Positions 6,951 through 15,665 are shown, numbered from the stretch's first letter. The stretch is DNA of 34,298 nt from Chloroflexota bacterium (GCA_016865935.1 VGOB01000030.1:1-34298); one strand, 5' to 3'. Notes: generated by a model not told the origin, from the letters alone. Made by a program: numbers and translations.

Positions 6951-8579
6951 GTGAGAAAACCAGGAACATCGGATCGGCATCGTCTCGCGTTGGGCTTGGC
7001 TGCGCTTTTGTTTTCCTTAAGCGCGATCCTCGTCGTGCCGTTTCTTGCTTTTGGTCAAGGGACGATTCCAGCGAATGGGGCGTTTAGTGGTGGTCTCACG
7101 GGCTGGACTGTTCTCGGGTCTCAGGTGTGGCGCGGGGACATTGGACGGACCGCTAATGGCGCGGCGTGGTTTTATGGTAACGGCGGCGGTGCTTTGGTCA
7201 GTTCCGCATTTGTTCCGAGTGCGTCAACCGTCTTGACGATGTGGGTCGGTCGCTTAACTGGCTATGCCGCGATGCTGTACCTGCAAGTGTGGGATTACAC
7301 CACGGGGCAGATTCTGTTCGTCGGCAATCCGGTGAGTGCTTCGGGCTGGACTGAGCAGCAGTACGATTTATCCGGGTACGCGGGAAAAGTGATCGCGATT
7401 TCGTTCAACGCCAATTCTGGTAATGACGTGGTTGCGGTGGACGATATTTCGATTTCCAATGCGAGTTCATACACGGCATCGGAGAGCGAGGGAAATTGGT
7501 CGTTTCGCGCGTCGCTCAAGGGCTGGGTCCCGATGATGTCTTTTGCGTTTCAATCGTCGGTCAGTCAAGATGCGAATTCGGGATCGGTGGGCTTTTCCGG
7601 ATCAACCTGGGGCAATGTTTACAGTGTTCCGGTGTTGGTCTCAAGCGCGAATTGGTCGGGTTACTATCGTTGCACATCAACGCAGTATGTGCGGATTCAT
7701 TGGTACGATCAAACCCTGGGGACAAATGCGCTCATCACGCAACCTGCCGCAAATTGTGATGGCACCTGGAAACAGTTTTCCTGGTCAATGGGTCAGTACG
7801 TAGGTAACACGGGTCAATTGATGGGCACGATCTATGATGGCGGGACGAATTACCTGGACGCGCTTTGTCCTAGTTCCGGGTGCGGATCGGGCAACCTGGC
7901 AACGCCTACGCCGATCCCCAGTCCTACGGCAACCGGCGGCGGCGGTGGGGGCTATCCGACGCAATTACCCTATCCGACGCAATTACCTTATCCGACTTTC
8001 CCGCCATTTCCTACGTTCGCCCCATACCCGACTTTCCCGCCTTACCCGACTGTTGATTTCGGATGGAGTACGCCTTACGTGATTACGTTTGGCGGGACGC
8101 CTCAACCCGTGATCGTCACCAACACGGTGCAGATTACCGGTTCGGTCAACGTGCTGAACTGGCCGACGCCGATCTACGGACCGGGGACGCCGATGCCGGT
8201 TTATTATCCGACCAAGGAAATGACGCCCTTTGCAATTCCCACGGGCGCAGGTGGTGGGGGCGGCTTGGGGGTCACAATTGGCGGGGTGGTTGCAACCCAG
8301 CAAACGGGCAACATCTCGGGCGTGATGCCGTTCGCAACCCAGGGCGGTCAAACTTTCGAGACGCCAGGGGCGACGATCCAAGAACGTGTCCTGGGCTTTT
8401 GCTTTCCGGAACAAGTGACCAGGATTTTCGGGGGCGGTGCCGTGCCGGTCTGCTTCAACTTTACGATGTGGGAGGTCACGAAATTTTCGTACCTGGGCGT
8501 CAATCTGCTTGTGCCGCTCGGCGCGATTATGATCGTGTTCTTCTTTGTCTTCCTGGCGCGCCAGGTGCAGCAAAATTAG
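6951..8579 (+). CDS. pIII-like minor coat/adsorption protein: signal peptide, two beta-rich domains, Gly-rich and Pro/Thr/Tyr-rich linkers, C-terminal membrane anchor
   Basis: N-terminal signal/TM LALGLAALLFSLSAILVVPFLAFG and two similar domains (WTVLGSQVW... and WSFRAS...). Linker is PTPIPSPTATGGGGGGYPTQLPYPTQLPYPTFPPFPTFAPYPTFPPYPT, with a later GAGGGGGLG run. C-terminal anchor is LLVPLGAIMIVFFFVFLARQ. GTG start with AGGGG RBS chosen; TTG 6912 is an alternative. Confidence 0.5.
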   Translation: MRKPGTSDRHRLALGLAALLFSLSAILVVPFLAFGQGTIPANGAFSGGLTGWTVLGSQVWRGDIGRTANGAAWFYGNGGGALVSSAFVPSASTVLTMWVGRLTGYAAMLYLQVWDYTTGQILFVGNPVSASGWTEQQYDLSGYAGKVIAISFNANSGNDVVAVDDISISNASSYTASESEGNWSFRASLKGWVPMMSFAFQSSVSQDANSGSVGFSGSTWGNVYSVPVLVSSANWSGYYRCTSTQYVRIHWYDQTLGTNALITQPAANCDGTWKQFSWSMGQYVGNTGQLMGTIYDGGTNYLDALCPSSGCGSGNLATPTPIPSPTATGGGGGGYPTQLPYPTQLPYPTFPPFPTFAPYPTFPPYPTVDFGWSTPYVITFGGTPQPVIVTNTVQITGSVNVLNWPTPIYGPGTPMPVYYPTKEMTPFAIPTGAGGGGGLGVTIGGVVATQQTGNISGVMPFATQGGQTFETPGATIQERVLGFCFPEQVTRIFGGGAVPVCFNFTMWEVTKFSYLGVNLLVPLGAIMIVFFFVFLARQVQQN

Positions 8580-8589
8580 AGGTGATCGA

Positions 8590-8706
8590 ATGTTGATTTT
8601 TGGTACCGCTGGCTTGGCTCTCGTGGTGCTGATGTTTGTCCTGCTCGTCGTCTTTCTGATCGCCGATGCGATTAGATGGGTCGTCTCACTCTTTATGGGC
8701 GGCTAA
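8590..8706 (+). CDS. small hydrophobic protein (38 aa), pVI-like candidate; below the ORF-track size cutoff
   Basis: GAGGTGA RBS then ATG. MLIFGTAGLALVVLMFVLLVVFLIADAIRWVVSLFMGG. Confidence 0.35.
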   Translation: MLIFGTAGLALVVLMFVLLVVFLIADAIRWVVSLFMGG

Positions 8707-8710
8707 GCGA

Positions 8711-9559
8711 ATGGGGCTTTTGGCAAACGGCTTGCCGATGGCATCGGCGGCGCAAATGCGGCTCAAGCATTTGCTCTTTACCTATCTGCGCTATCTGTAC
8801 GGCGATAGTTTTGCAAAGGACCCGATCCTGGGTTTCTTTTTCGGCGATTGGTTGGAGGACGCCGGAGTGGAACCGGCGATTCCTCGATGCGTCGTCGAAT
8901 TGGAACAGAAGATCACCTATCCCAAACCGACGTTCTGGAATGCGGAGAATTTCCTTGAAGCACTCCTGGCTTATCGCTTGGTATGGCTGAAAGGTCGGCT
9001 TGGCGGCGGTAAGACCTCGCTCGCGTTCGGGCTTGCGAAATGGTTGTACGAAACGAAAGGCAAGGATGGGCATCGCCTGGTAGATGGCGTATTTACAAAT
9101 GTGCCTTCCGATCCGGATTTCATTCCACGCTTGGATCACTGTTATCGCGCCTGCGTGATTCTCGATGAAGGATGGGCGCACGGCGCCGATTCGCGTGACA
9201 GTGGTTTTCGATATTCGGGGTACGGCGCATACGCGCGCAAGTTGGATTGCTTTTGGTTGCAAGCGTCCAAGAATGAAATTGACAAGCGAATGACGGATGT
9301 CATTGCTAAGCGGCGCGGCGATCTCTGGATGTTCAAGGCGTGGCTGTACACCTGGACGGACGGCGAGGCGTCTGAAGGTTGGTTCTTGTGGCGTCGCTAT
9401 ACTGAAGTCTTTGGACGTTACTTGACCAAGTTCATTCCGGCGGACGATGGCGGAATTTTGGAAAGTCAAAAATATGAGATCGCCGGACGCGCGGGTAGCA
9501 CTCAATTGCTCGTGCCGACCGGATGGTACAACAAACCAAGGACAGGGGCGCACGCGTGA
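8711..9559 (+). CDS. P-loop NTPase, Zot/pI-like phage assembly ATPase candidate
   Basis: Walker A VWLKGRLGGGKTSLAFGLAKW and Walker B CVILDEGW. It follows the pIII-like and pVI-like genes as in inoviruses. Start could be 8666 instead. Confidence 0.45.
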   Translation: MGLLANGLPMASAAQMRLKHLLFTYLRYLYGDSFAKDPILGFFFGDWLEDAGVEPAIPRCVVELEQKITYPKPTFWNAENFLEALLAYRLVWLKGRLGGGKTSLAFGLAKWLYETKGKDGHRLVDGVFTNVPSDPDFIPRLDHCYRACVILDEGWAHGADSRDSGFRYSGYGAYARKLDCFWLQASKNEIDKRMTDVIAKRRGDLWMFKAWLYTWTDGEASEGWFLWRRYTEVFGRYLTKFIPADDGGILESQKYEIAGRAGSTQLLVPTGWYNKPRTGAHA

Positions 9560-10449
9560 GCGATCAACCTTTGACTTCTGCGCCTGATGCGCCGGAAAAA
9601 CTTGCCGCGCCAGGCGTGACGCCAAAAGACAATACGCGTCCGGAGTTGCATTTCCAAAATCGCCGGAAGTTGTTGACCTTGTTTTTCATCGTCCTGATCC
9701 TGGGCGTCTGCTGGTTTATGGGATCACGTTTCGCCAATCCGCTGCAAGGCGCGGATATGGCGTTGACCGGTGGGGCGACTGCGGCGAAAAAACGAGAAAC
9801 GGCGCAAGCATTGGAGCAGCAGCAGGGTCCCTTGCCGCCTGCGGTGAAAGGTTTGGCGTTGACTGCTACGCCTCCTGCGATTGGCGGCGGGATTATGGGG
9901 GCGTCTCAACCGAACGTGCCTGCGCCTCAGCAACAACAACCGGCAACCTCGGGTCGTTCGAGCGGCGTGATTGTTGCGGCGCCGAATGAGATAAACGCGG
10001 TGATGTGCCGCGTTGTGTCGAATTTTGAGGCCGAGAGCGTGAAACTGCTTCAAGGTTCTTTGGTTCGCGCTTCGGGCTTTTCATACGCAAAAAACGGAGT
10101 GGTGTACCTTTCGGATCCGAATGTTGGCTGGGTAGATTCGACCTGGTTGGGTTGTCCGCCGGAGATCGTTCGCATCGAGCGACCTTACTTTGTTTCTCCG
10201 ACTGTGACGCCGACCGGAAAAGCGAAAGGTCCGGAGGTTCTTCGTGTGGCAGTTCCTCAGACTGTTGTCGTTAGTGCTACGCCTTGCGTACTACCTAAAA
10301 CGCCTGCTGAGGTGAATGGGGTGGTGCTGGAGGGCGATTGCGTCATTTTTCAAATTACGGGCGTTCGCGCGATCTATGCCGATGGCAAACCTGTTTCCGG
10401 CGGTACAAAGATTTGCGGCGTCAATAATTTCAGTGTCACGATTCGATGA
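9523..10449 (+). CDS. bitopic membrane protein with extracytoplasmic domain (possible pI C-terminal/pXI-like partner)
   Basis: One TM (LLTLFFIVLILGVCWFMG) followed by a Pro/Ala/Gln-rich linker and a beta-rich domain. Overlaps the end of the NTPase gene. Confidence 0.4.
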   Translation: MVQQTKDRGARVSDQPLTSAPDAPEKLAAPGVTPKDNTRPELHFQNRRKLLTLFFIVLILGVCWFMGSRFANPLQGADMALTGGATAAKKRETAQALEQQQGPLPPAVKGLALTATPPAIGGGIMGASQPNVPAPQQQQPATSGRSSGVIVAAPNEINAVMCRVVSNFEAESVKLLQGSLVRASGFSYAKNGVVYLSDPNVGWVDSTWLGCPPEIVRIERPYFVSPTVTPTGKAKGPEVLRVAVPQTVVVSATPCVLPKTPAEVNGVVLEGDCVIFQITGVRAIYADGKPVSGGTKICGVNNFSVTIR

Positions 10450-10464
10450 AAGGGGGTGAGATCA

Positions 10465-10545
10465 ATGAGCGATCCGAATCCAAGGATTCCGGAGGACGAT
10501 GAAGAGGAATGGTTGGACGATGAGGACGACGACGAGGGCGAGTAG
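10465..10545 (+). CDS. tiny acidic peptide (26 aa; MSDPNPRIPEDDEEEWLDDEDDDEGE)
   Basis: Strong RBS AAGGGGGTGAG then ATG. Extremely acidic. Confidence 0.25.
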   Translation: MSDPNPRIPEDDEEEWLDDEDDDEGE

Positions 10546-10576
10546 TCTTACTCTCGTACACTAGGAAAGGAGAGGT

Positions 10577-11242
10577 ATGTTCGGGGATTTTGTTTCGTCT
10601 TTGCAGTTGTCCGCGTTGAGCGATGCCATTATGGGCGTGTTGTCTATTCCGTTGGTGCCAGCGTTGGGGCTGACTGTGATCGTGTTCTACCTTGTGCCGT
10701 TCGCGTTTCGCCGACTTTATGCTTTGGCTTCGAGTAATCGTCAATCGGATGAAATTCTTCGGGAGTTTGCGGCGGCGCGCGAGGTTGAATCGCGGATTCA
10801 GAGTTTCTTGTTGCGCCATCCTCCCCGTTCGGTCGAGGAACAAGCTGCGGCGGAGCTCGGCATTTCGGTCGAGGAGTTGATCGCGCCCGATCCTTGGGAT
10901 GAGTATAAAGTATTTTCGGCGGACGGTGGTCCTGAGATGGATCCGGTCGAGGCGCGCGAGATTTTGGAGGCGGAAAGACAGGGGGGCGATCCTCGTGGTC
11001 GGGTGGTATGGCTGTATGATGAAACGAGTGATGTGGGAAAGTCCATTCGGCGACAATCTGAGAAAAGGCGAAAACGCGGGGGTGATCAGCGGGTAGCCGA
11101 AGAACTCGGGATGTCGGTGGAGGAGTGTCGCGAGCTTATGGCGGCGGAAGAGTATCTTTACGATGAAACAAGTGGTGCGGCAAAGTCCCTTCGGCGACAA
11201 GCTGAGAAAAGGCGAAAACGCGGGGGCGATTTGCCCTTCTAG
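10577..11242 (+). CDS. coat-like N-terminal TM domain protein, paralog A (internal duplication; C-terminal RRKRGGDLPF tail)
   Basis: N-terminus MFGDFVSSLQLSALSDAIMGVLSIPLVPALG is shared with 11293, 12066, 12952 and 13740. The AEELG(I/M)SVEE...KS(I/L)RRQ(S/A)EKRRKRGGD module occurs twice. GGAG RBS. Confidence 0.6.
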   Translation: MFGDFVSSLQLSALSDAIMGVLSIPLVPALGLTVIVFYLVPFAFRRLYALASSNRQSDEILREFAAAREVESRIQSFLLRHPPRSVEEQAAAELGISVEELIAPDPWDEYKVFSADGGPEMDPVEAREILEAERQGGDPRGRVVWLYDETSDVGKSIRRQSEKRRKRGGDQRVAEELGMSVEECRELMAAEEYLYDETSGAAKSLRRQAEKRRKRGGDLPF

Positions 11243-11292
11243 TATTTTCGTGTCGCGCACGTGCTTGACACGAAATAATTCGGGGAGTTGAA

Positions 11293-12015
11293 ATGTTCAA
11301 TGATTTTGTTTTCTGGCTTGACCTGACGAGATTGGCGGACGCCATCGGCGCGGTATTACAAATTCCGCTCGTCCTGGCACTCGGCGTTAGCGTGTTTGCG
11401 CTGCCGCTCGTGGTTATCGTTTTCCGGCGTCTGTACGATTTGCTGGAGTTGCGTCACGTCATCGCGTTGTCAAAACGTGAAGCGACTCAGCAAGCGCAGT
11501 TTGAAATCGACCTGGCTCAATTTCTGTTGAAACGTCCGGATTTGAGTATCGAGCAGCGGGTAGCTGAAGAACTCGGGATGTCGGTGGGGGAATTGAACGC
11601 GCCTGGCGGGTGGAGTGATGATTCGGTTTATTCGGCGGATGGGGGTCCCGAAATGGATCCAGTTGAGGCGCGCGAGATTTTGGAGGCGGAAAGACAGGAC
11701 GGCGGACAGTACGGTCGTAGCCGCGCTATTTCTCTCGCCGATGGGTCCTATGCCTGTCCGGAATGCCTGAGCGGTCTGGATGAAGAGTACGTGCCCGATG
11801 GCTCGCTTGGCTGTTCTGTGTGCGGATGGCTTGAAATGGACGATGATCCTCAGCCGGTGGTGGGCTATGTGCCAAAGCGCGCCCAAAATCCGTCTGAGTT
11901 CGTGGATTCGCTTTATGATGCGGACGGCAATTTCGCCGCATTCACGCCGACGCAAAAGTCAATTCGACGACAAGCCGATAGAAGGCGAAAACGCGCGGGC
12001 GATTTGCCCTTCTAA
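11293..12015 (+). CDS. coat-like N-terminal TM domain protein, paralog B (zinc-ribbon CPEC...CSVCGW; same C-terminal tail)
   Basis: MFNDFVFWLDLTRLADAIGAVLQIPLVLALG. Shares ADGGPEMDPVEAREILEAERQ and the KSIRRQADRRRKRAGDLPF end with paralog A. Confidence 0.6.
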   Translation: MFNDFVFWLDLTRLADAIGAVLQIPLVLALGVSVFALPLVVIVFRRLYDLLELRHVIALSKREATQQAQFEIDLAQFLLKRPDLSIEQRVAEELGMSVGELNAPGGWSDDSVYSADGGPEMDPVEAREILEAERQDGGQYGRSRAISLADGSYACPECLSGLDEEYVPDGSLGCSVCGWLEMDDDPQPVVGYVPKRAQNPSEFVDSLYDADGNFAAFTPTQKSIRRQADRRRKRAGDLPF

Positions 12016-12065
12016 TATTTTCGTGTCGCGGTCGAGCGGGACACGTAATAATTCAAGGAGATGAA

Positions 12066-12659
12066 ATGTTCAATGAATTTGTTCTCTGGCTTGACTTGGC
12101 GGGTTTGGCTGCCGCGATCTCGGCGGTGTTTGCGATTCCGCTGGTTCAGGCACTTTTCGTAGGGCTGCTCGGCTTTACCATCGTGCTTTGGGGGCTGAAG
12201 ATGATTTCGCGATTGGCGGGGCTGTATTTCGCGTTGCCCGGAGATGTCCACGAGGCGACACCAGGCGCGATCAATGTGCCTGGAATGATGCTCCGCCAGG
12301 ACGATTACTTGAATGTGGACGTTGACGTGGCGGCAACGTTGCTTACAGGGCAACAAGCTCAATGGATGGTCGAGCGTTATGGCCCGGACGTCGATCCTGT
12401 CTTGAGCGAAGAGGGCAGCTGGATGCAAGTGCGCGTTGACCTGGGTTTGAATGCGCCGGAATTGTATTATGGCTTGACTGGGCCCGAAGCAATGGCTTTG
12501 CAGGATTACTCGTATCGTCGCGCGTTTCCTGAGGAGTTCTCGGGTGGGGGGGATGCCGAAATGATCGCCTCGCACAATCAAATGCGCGCGCGCCGTTCCG
12601 CGAACAATCGGGGGCAAAATCAGCACTATGACGATCTCGCCTTCGAGGGTGCGGTCTGA
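12066..12659 (+). CDS. coat-like N-terminal TM domain protein, paralog C (divergent C-terminal domain)
   Basis: MFNEFVLWLDLAGLAAAISAVFAIPLVQALF, with two TM helices. The 50-bp leader is nearly identical to that of paralog B. Confidence 0.55.
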   Translation: MFNEFVLWLDLAGLAAAISAVFAIPLVQALFVGLLGFTIVLWGLKMISRLAGLYFALPGDVHEATPGAINVPGMMLRQDDYLNVDVDVAATLLTGQQAQWMVERYGPDVDPVLSEEGSWMQVRVDLGLNAPELYYGLTGPEAMALQDYSYRRAFPEEFSGGGDAEMIASHNQMRARRSANNRGQNQHYDDLAFEGAV

Positions 12660-12943
12660 TGGATTCAACGCCGGTTGACGTTGTTGCGCTTTCACTGATC
12701 GCGGTGCAAGGCGCGGAGATAGTTGCCGCTTCGATTGCGGTCGGCTTTCTGTTTCTCTTGATCTCACTGCCAGGGCAAAATCAGATGAAGGTCCAAAACG
12801 CCTTCTTGCTGATCGAATTGTTCTGCCTGCCGGTCTGGTTTGTCTCGCTGATCTGGTGGGTTCTGCTGCACTATATCTTCGTCGTGATGTACGTGATGCT
12901 CAATGCCTTTGGGCGTCTCGTGCGGCAAAGGGTCAAAACGTAG
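12659..12943 (+). CDS. small polytopic membrane protein (94 aa)
   Basis: Start overlaps the previous stop (TGATG). Three hydrophobic helices. Confidence 0.4.
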   Translation: MDSTPVDVVALSLIAVQGAEIVAASIAVGFLFLLISLPGQNQMKVQNAFLLIELFCLPVWFVSLIWWVLLHYIFVVMYVMLNAFGRLVRQRVKT

Positions 12944-12951
12944 GAGGGGCA

Positions 12952-13113
12952 ATGTTGAATCTGCCGATTGAATGGACTGCCATCGCCGACGCAATGGTTG
13001 ACTTTGCCGCGATTCCGATTGTTCCCGCCATCGCTGCGGCGGTGATCGGCATCGGTCTCGTCGTGTTCTTGATCCAACAAATTCAAAAACTGTTTGGATC
13101 GGGAGGTGAGTGA
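12952..13113 (+). CDS. coat-like small protein (53 aa)
   Basis: AGGAGGGG RBS. IADAMVDFAAIPIVPAIAAAVIGIGLVVFLI matches the family motif (L/I)xDA(I/M)....IP(I/L)V.A. Confidence 0.45.
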   Translation: MLNLPIEWTAIADAMVDFAAIPIVPAIAAAVIGIGLVVFLIQQIQKLFGSGGE

Positions 13114-13274
13114 TGAATTTTGAAAACGTGGCAATGAGCGGCGATCTGATTTGGGAACAAATCCAACTGATCTTGGGCATCGGCTTTGTGATCGCGTTGA
13201 TGATCTTGCCGTTGTCGATCAAGTTCATCTTTCGCCTGGTCAAAGGGCTTGGGCGTTCCCTGGTGAGAATGTGA
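13113..13274 (+). CDS. small membrane protein (53 aa) with basic C-terminus, coat-like
   Basis: GGAGGTGAG RBS. The ATG overlaps the previous stop. LILGIGFVIALMILPLSIKFIFRLVKGLGRSLVRM. Confidence 0.35.
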   Translation: MNFENVAMSGDLIWEQIQLILGIGFVIALMILPLSIKFIFRLVKGLGRSLVRM

Positions 13275-13642
13275 CGATCAAGTGGCTTGCTGTCGCGCTG
13301 GCAATCGCGCTTTGTCTGTTCTTGCTTCTGCTTGGATCGGTTCAAGCGGAAACGATGCACCCTGGCGCGCTGGCAATGGTGTTGCAACAAGGGACGGGAA
13401 CTCCTCCGTCGACGGAAACGCCATCGGCAACTGAAACGCCCTCGCCGACGTCGACGCGGTTGCCGACCGCCACGCGTGTCAAGTGGACGCACGGGATCGA
13501 GGATGAAGCGACGGTCCCGAATGTGACTGATCTCATTGCCGGTTTCTTCTTGATTCCGGCGGTAACTGCGGCGATCCTGGGGGTGTTTGCGATCACTATC
13601 GTCGTGCTTGCTTTTCGGCACTTCCAGCGTTTGATCGAGTAG
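13271..13642 (+). CDS. secreted Thr/Pro-rich protein with C-terminal membrane anchor (minor coat-like)
   Basis: GTG start overlapping the previous stop. Signal peptide WLAVALAIALCLFLLLLGSVQA, then TPPSTETPSATETPSPTST, then a C-terminal TM plus basic RHFQRLIE. Confidence 0.45.
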   Translation: MTIKWLAVALAIALCLFLLLLGSVQAETMHPGALAMVLQQGTGTPPSTETPSATETPSPTSTRLPTATRVKWTHGIEDEATVPNVTDLIAGFFLIPAVTAAILGVFAITIVVLAFRHFQRLIE

Positions 13643-13739
13643 TACACCACACTTTATAAAATAGTTCGGCGCGTGACCTGGTCGAACGTTGACGTACTCG
13701 GGTCCGCTAATCCTATTAGAGAAGGGAGGTGAAAGCAAA

Positions 13740-13904
13740 ATGTGGAGCGATTTCAGCACCGTGTTGACTGAGGCCGCGTTGGGTGACGCCATCGGCGACG
13801 TGCTCGGGATTCCCATCGTCGTGGCAGTTGGTCTGGGCACGATGGCCCTGGGTTTGGTCGTCTTTGCGCTGCGCCGACTCAAACGCCTCGCGCCTCAATC
13901 TTAG
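13740..13904 (+). CDS. major coat protein-like (54 aa: acidic amphipathic N-terminus, hydrophobic core, basic C-terminus)
   Basis: Strong RBS GAAGGGAGGTGA. MWSDFSTVLTEAALGDAIGDVLGIPIVVAVGLGTMALGLVVFALRRLKRLAPQS has the g8p-like architecture and matches the paralog family. A GC-rich hairpin at 13921-13956 follows it. Confidence 0.5.
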   Translation: MWSDFSTVLTEAALGDAIGDVLGIPIVVAVGLGTMALGLVVFALRRLKRLAPQS

Positions 13905-13980
13905 GCATTATGCCTCAACCGTGTGGGGGACGCCGCACTGTGGGGTGTCCCCCCACCATCTTTGATCTGAAGGAGTTGCT

Positions 13981-14136
13981 ATGCCAACCTTGCCTGATTA
14001 CTGGACGACGATTTCAAGTCAAATGTCGTCCTTTATGAACTGGACTGCCGTTTCGACGCCCACCGCGATCATCGTTGGCGCGGCGGTCGTGTGCGTGATG
14101 CTGGCGATGTTCCTGTCCGTTTTCATGAAGCATTAG
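13981..14136 (+). CDS. small membrane protein (51 aa)
   Basis: GAAGGAG RBS. TM AIIVGAAVVCVMLAMFLSVF. Confidence 0.35.
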   Translation: MPTLPDYWTTISSQMSSFMNWTAVSTPTAIIVGAAVVCVMLAMFLSVFMKH

Positions 14137-14262
14137 CGGACACGTTACAATGCAGGGGGACAAAGAAGGAACGCCGGGGAGGGCGGGCGCGGACGCCTGG
14201 GTGCCCTCTGGGCTGGCGGACGCGTCCGCCTGCGGTAGCAGAAAACAAGGGAGAGTTAGAAA

Positions 14263-14460
14263 ATGTCGGTTTCAGATCGGCGAACAGTGTTATTTATCTT
14301 GCGCGTGATCTTGGTCTCGATCTTGCTTCAAGTCCTGATCGCTGCGCTCGACGTTCCGAATGTGGTGCTTGCGATAACCGCGCCGGTCGGGACATTGGTG
14401 ATTTTGGCGGTGCTTGATTGGGCCGACAAGCACGTCAAGTTGTCGTTTCGGATTGATTGA
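14263..14460 (+). CDS. small membrane protein (65 aa)
   Basis: AAGGGAGAG RBS. Two hydrophobic helices. Confidence 0.4.
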   Translation: MSVSDRRTVLFILRVILVSILLQVLIAALDVPNVVLAITAPVGTLVILAVLDWADKHVKLSFRID

Positions 14461-14650
14461 TGTCGCGCCTCGTTTCGCGCGTGGCGGGACACAATTCAAA
14501 GTATTGGCTCGTGATCCACATTCCGAATCGCTGTGCGGTGCGTTGTTCGGATTGTGGTCGTTATCATCGGGTTGGCGTCGTCATTTCAAAGCGGTACACT
14601 TGTAACCGCTCGCCTGGCGAACGCCGATTTATCCTAATTTGCCTGCGTTG

Positions 14651-14699
14651 TCTCAACCGATTCGGTTGGGACCTGACCCCCGTGTAGTAATACGGGGGT
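14651..14699 (+). promoter_or_regulatory. two perfect hairpins immediately upstream of rep (candidate plus-strand origin/nick site)
   Basis: CAACCGAtTCGGTTG is a palindrome. GACCCCCGTgtagtaatACGGGGGTC has a 9-bp perfect stem and an 8-nt AT-rich loop. Both lie 20-70 bp before the Rep start. Confidence 0.4.
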
Positions 14700-14720
14700 C
14701 GAAAATACGGTAGTACCATT

Positions 14721-15665
14721 ATGCACATAGACTGGATAGGTGTAACCCTTCAAGGCAATAGCCAACATGCTCTTGGGCTTGTGCGCTCGTGGGCTGGGTC
14801 GCTCGAGGAGATGAGCGGCGGAGGTATGGGCTACGATCGAAGTGCCAAGATATGGGACACGGGTCGAGTGTATTGGTCTACTATGCGATCCGATATGGGC
14901 GTTCACGTCCGCTTGCCTTCAAGCGCAATGCACACAAGCAAACAAGACTCAGTGGACCTACTGACGTGGCTTGTGAGGCACAACGGCAATACGACGCGGC
15001 TTGACGTGGCTTGTGATGACTTTGACTATCACTTGCTCGACCTCGCAGAGATTAGCCGCAAGGCGCAAGAGGATGAAGTATGCACGGACGCCCAGGTGAT
15101 TGATGAATGGCACGCGTTGCGGGGCGTAGGGCATACGATCTACTTTGGCTCGCGTTCGAGTGAGCGCCTGTTACGCATTTATGACAAAGCCGCGGAGCAA
15201 GTAAAAAAAGCGGGCGGCAATGCGGCGATGCCTGACGAATTCTGGGTTCGGGTGGAGTTGGAGTTGAAAGGGGATCGGGCAAAAGTCGCGGGGCAAATGA
15301 TCGTTGATCATCGTGAAACGTGGCAGATTCTAGGGGCTGGCTGGATTCGGGACTTTGTAGATTTCAAGGAACCCGAATTGGAGGATATTAACAAGGCGCG
15401 TTGGGAAACTTCTAGATGGTGGCTTGATTTTCTGGACAATGCTGCCAAGTGCAAAATTCCGATCAAGCGTGAGGAACAAACGATAGAACGGATCGTGGCG
15501 TGGGTGGACAAGCAAGTGGCGCCCAGTCTGTTTGTTTTGAGCGCGACGGTGGGACACGATCAGGTATTTGAACGGGTTGGCGCGGCGTCTGCGCGTTTGA
15601 GTGCGCGCCAGGTGCAGTTGATCAATGAGTGGAACACTGAAAACGAGGTTACCGATGTTCAATGA
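14721..15665 (+). CDS. rolling-circle replication initiator, Rep_trans family (phage replication initiation factor, RstA/gpII-like)
   Basis: Motifs HTIYFGSRSSERLLRIYDKAAE and FWVRVELELKGDRAK resemble the conserved (R)xYDK and vRvElel blocks of PF02486. Size 314 aa. Confidence 0.55.
   Translation: MHIDWIGVTLQGNSQHALGLVRSWAGSLEEMSGGGMGYDRSAKIWDTGRVYWSTMRSDMGVHVRLPSSAMHTSKQDSVDLLTWLVRHNGNTTRLDVACDDFDYHLLDLAEISRKAQEDEVCTDAQVIDEWHALRGVGHTIYFGSRSSERLLRIYDKAAEQVKKAGGNAAMPDEFWVRVELELKGDRAKVAGQMIVDHRETWQILGAGWIRDFVDFKEPELEDINKARWETSRWWLDFLDNAAKCKIPIKREEQTIERIVAWVDKQVAPSLFVLSATVGHDQVFERVGAASARLSARQVQLINEWNTENEVTDVQ

Noticed and set aside
7900-8060. Pro/Thr/Tyr-rich nucleotide repeats as a non-coding repeat element
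   Set aside because: They are in-frame within a long ORF with signal peptide and C-terminal anchor, so they are coding linker repeats.
7983-8573. 196-aa minus-strand ORF
   Set aside because: Antisense to the pIII-like gene. Arg-rich composition typical of non-coding frames in GC-rich DNA.
8693-9625. 310-aa minus-strand ORF
   Set aside because: Antisense to the Walker-motif NTPase gene. The plus-strand gene has recognisable motifs and operon context.
10436-11260. 274-aa minus-strand ORF, with similar ones at 12012-12767 and 12764-13882
   Set aside because: Antisense shadows of the plus-strand paralog and coat genes. Extremely Arg/Pro-rich, no RBS.
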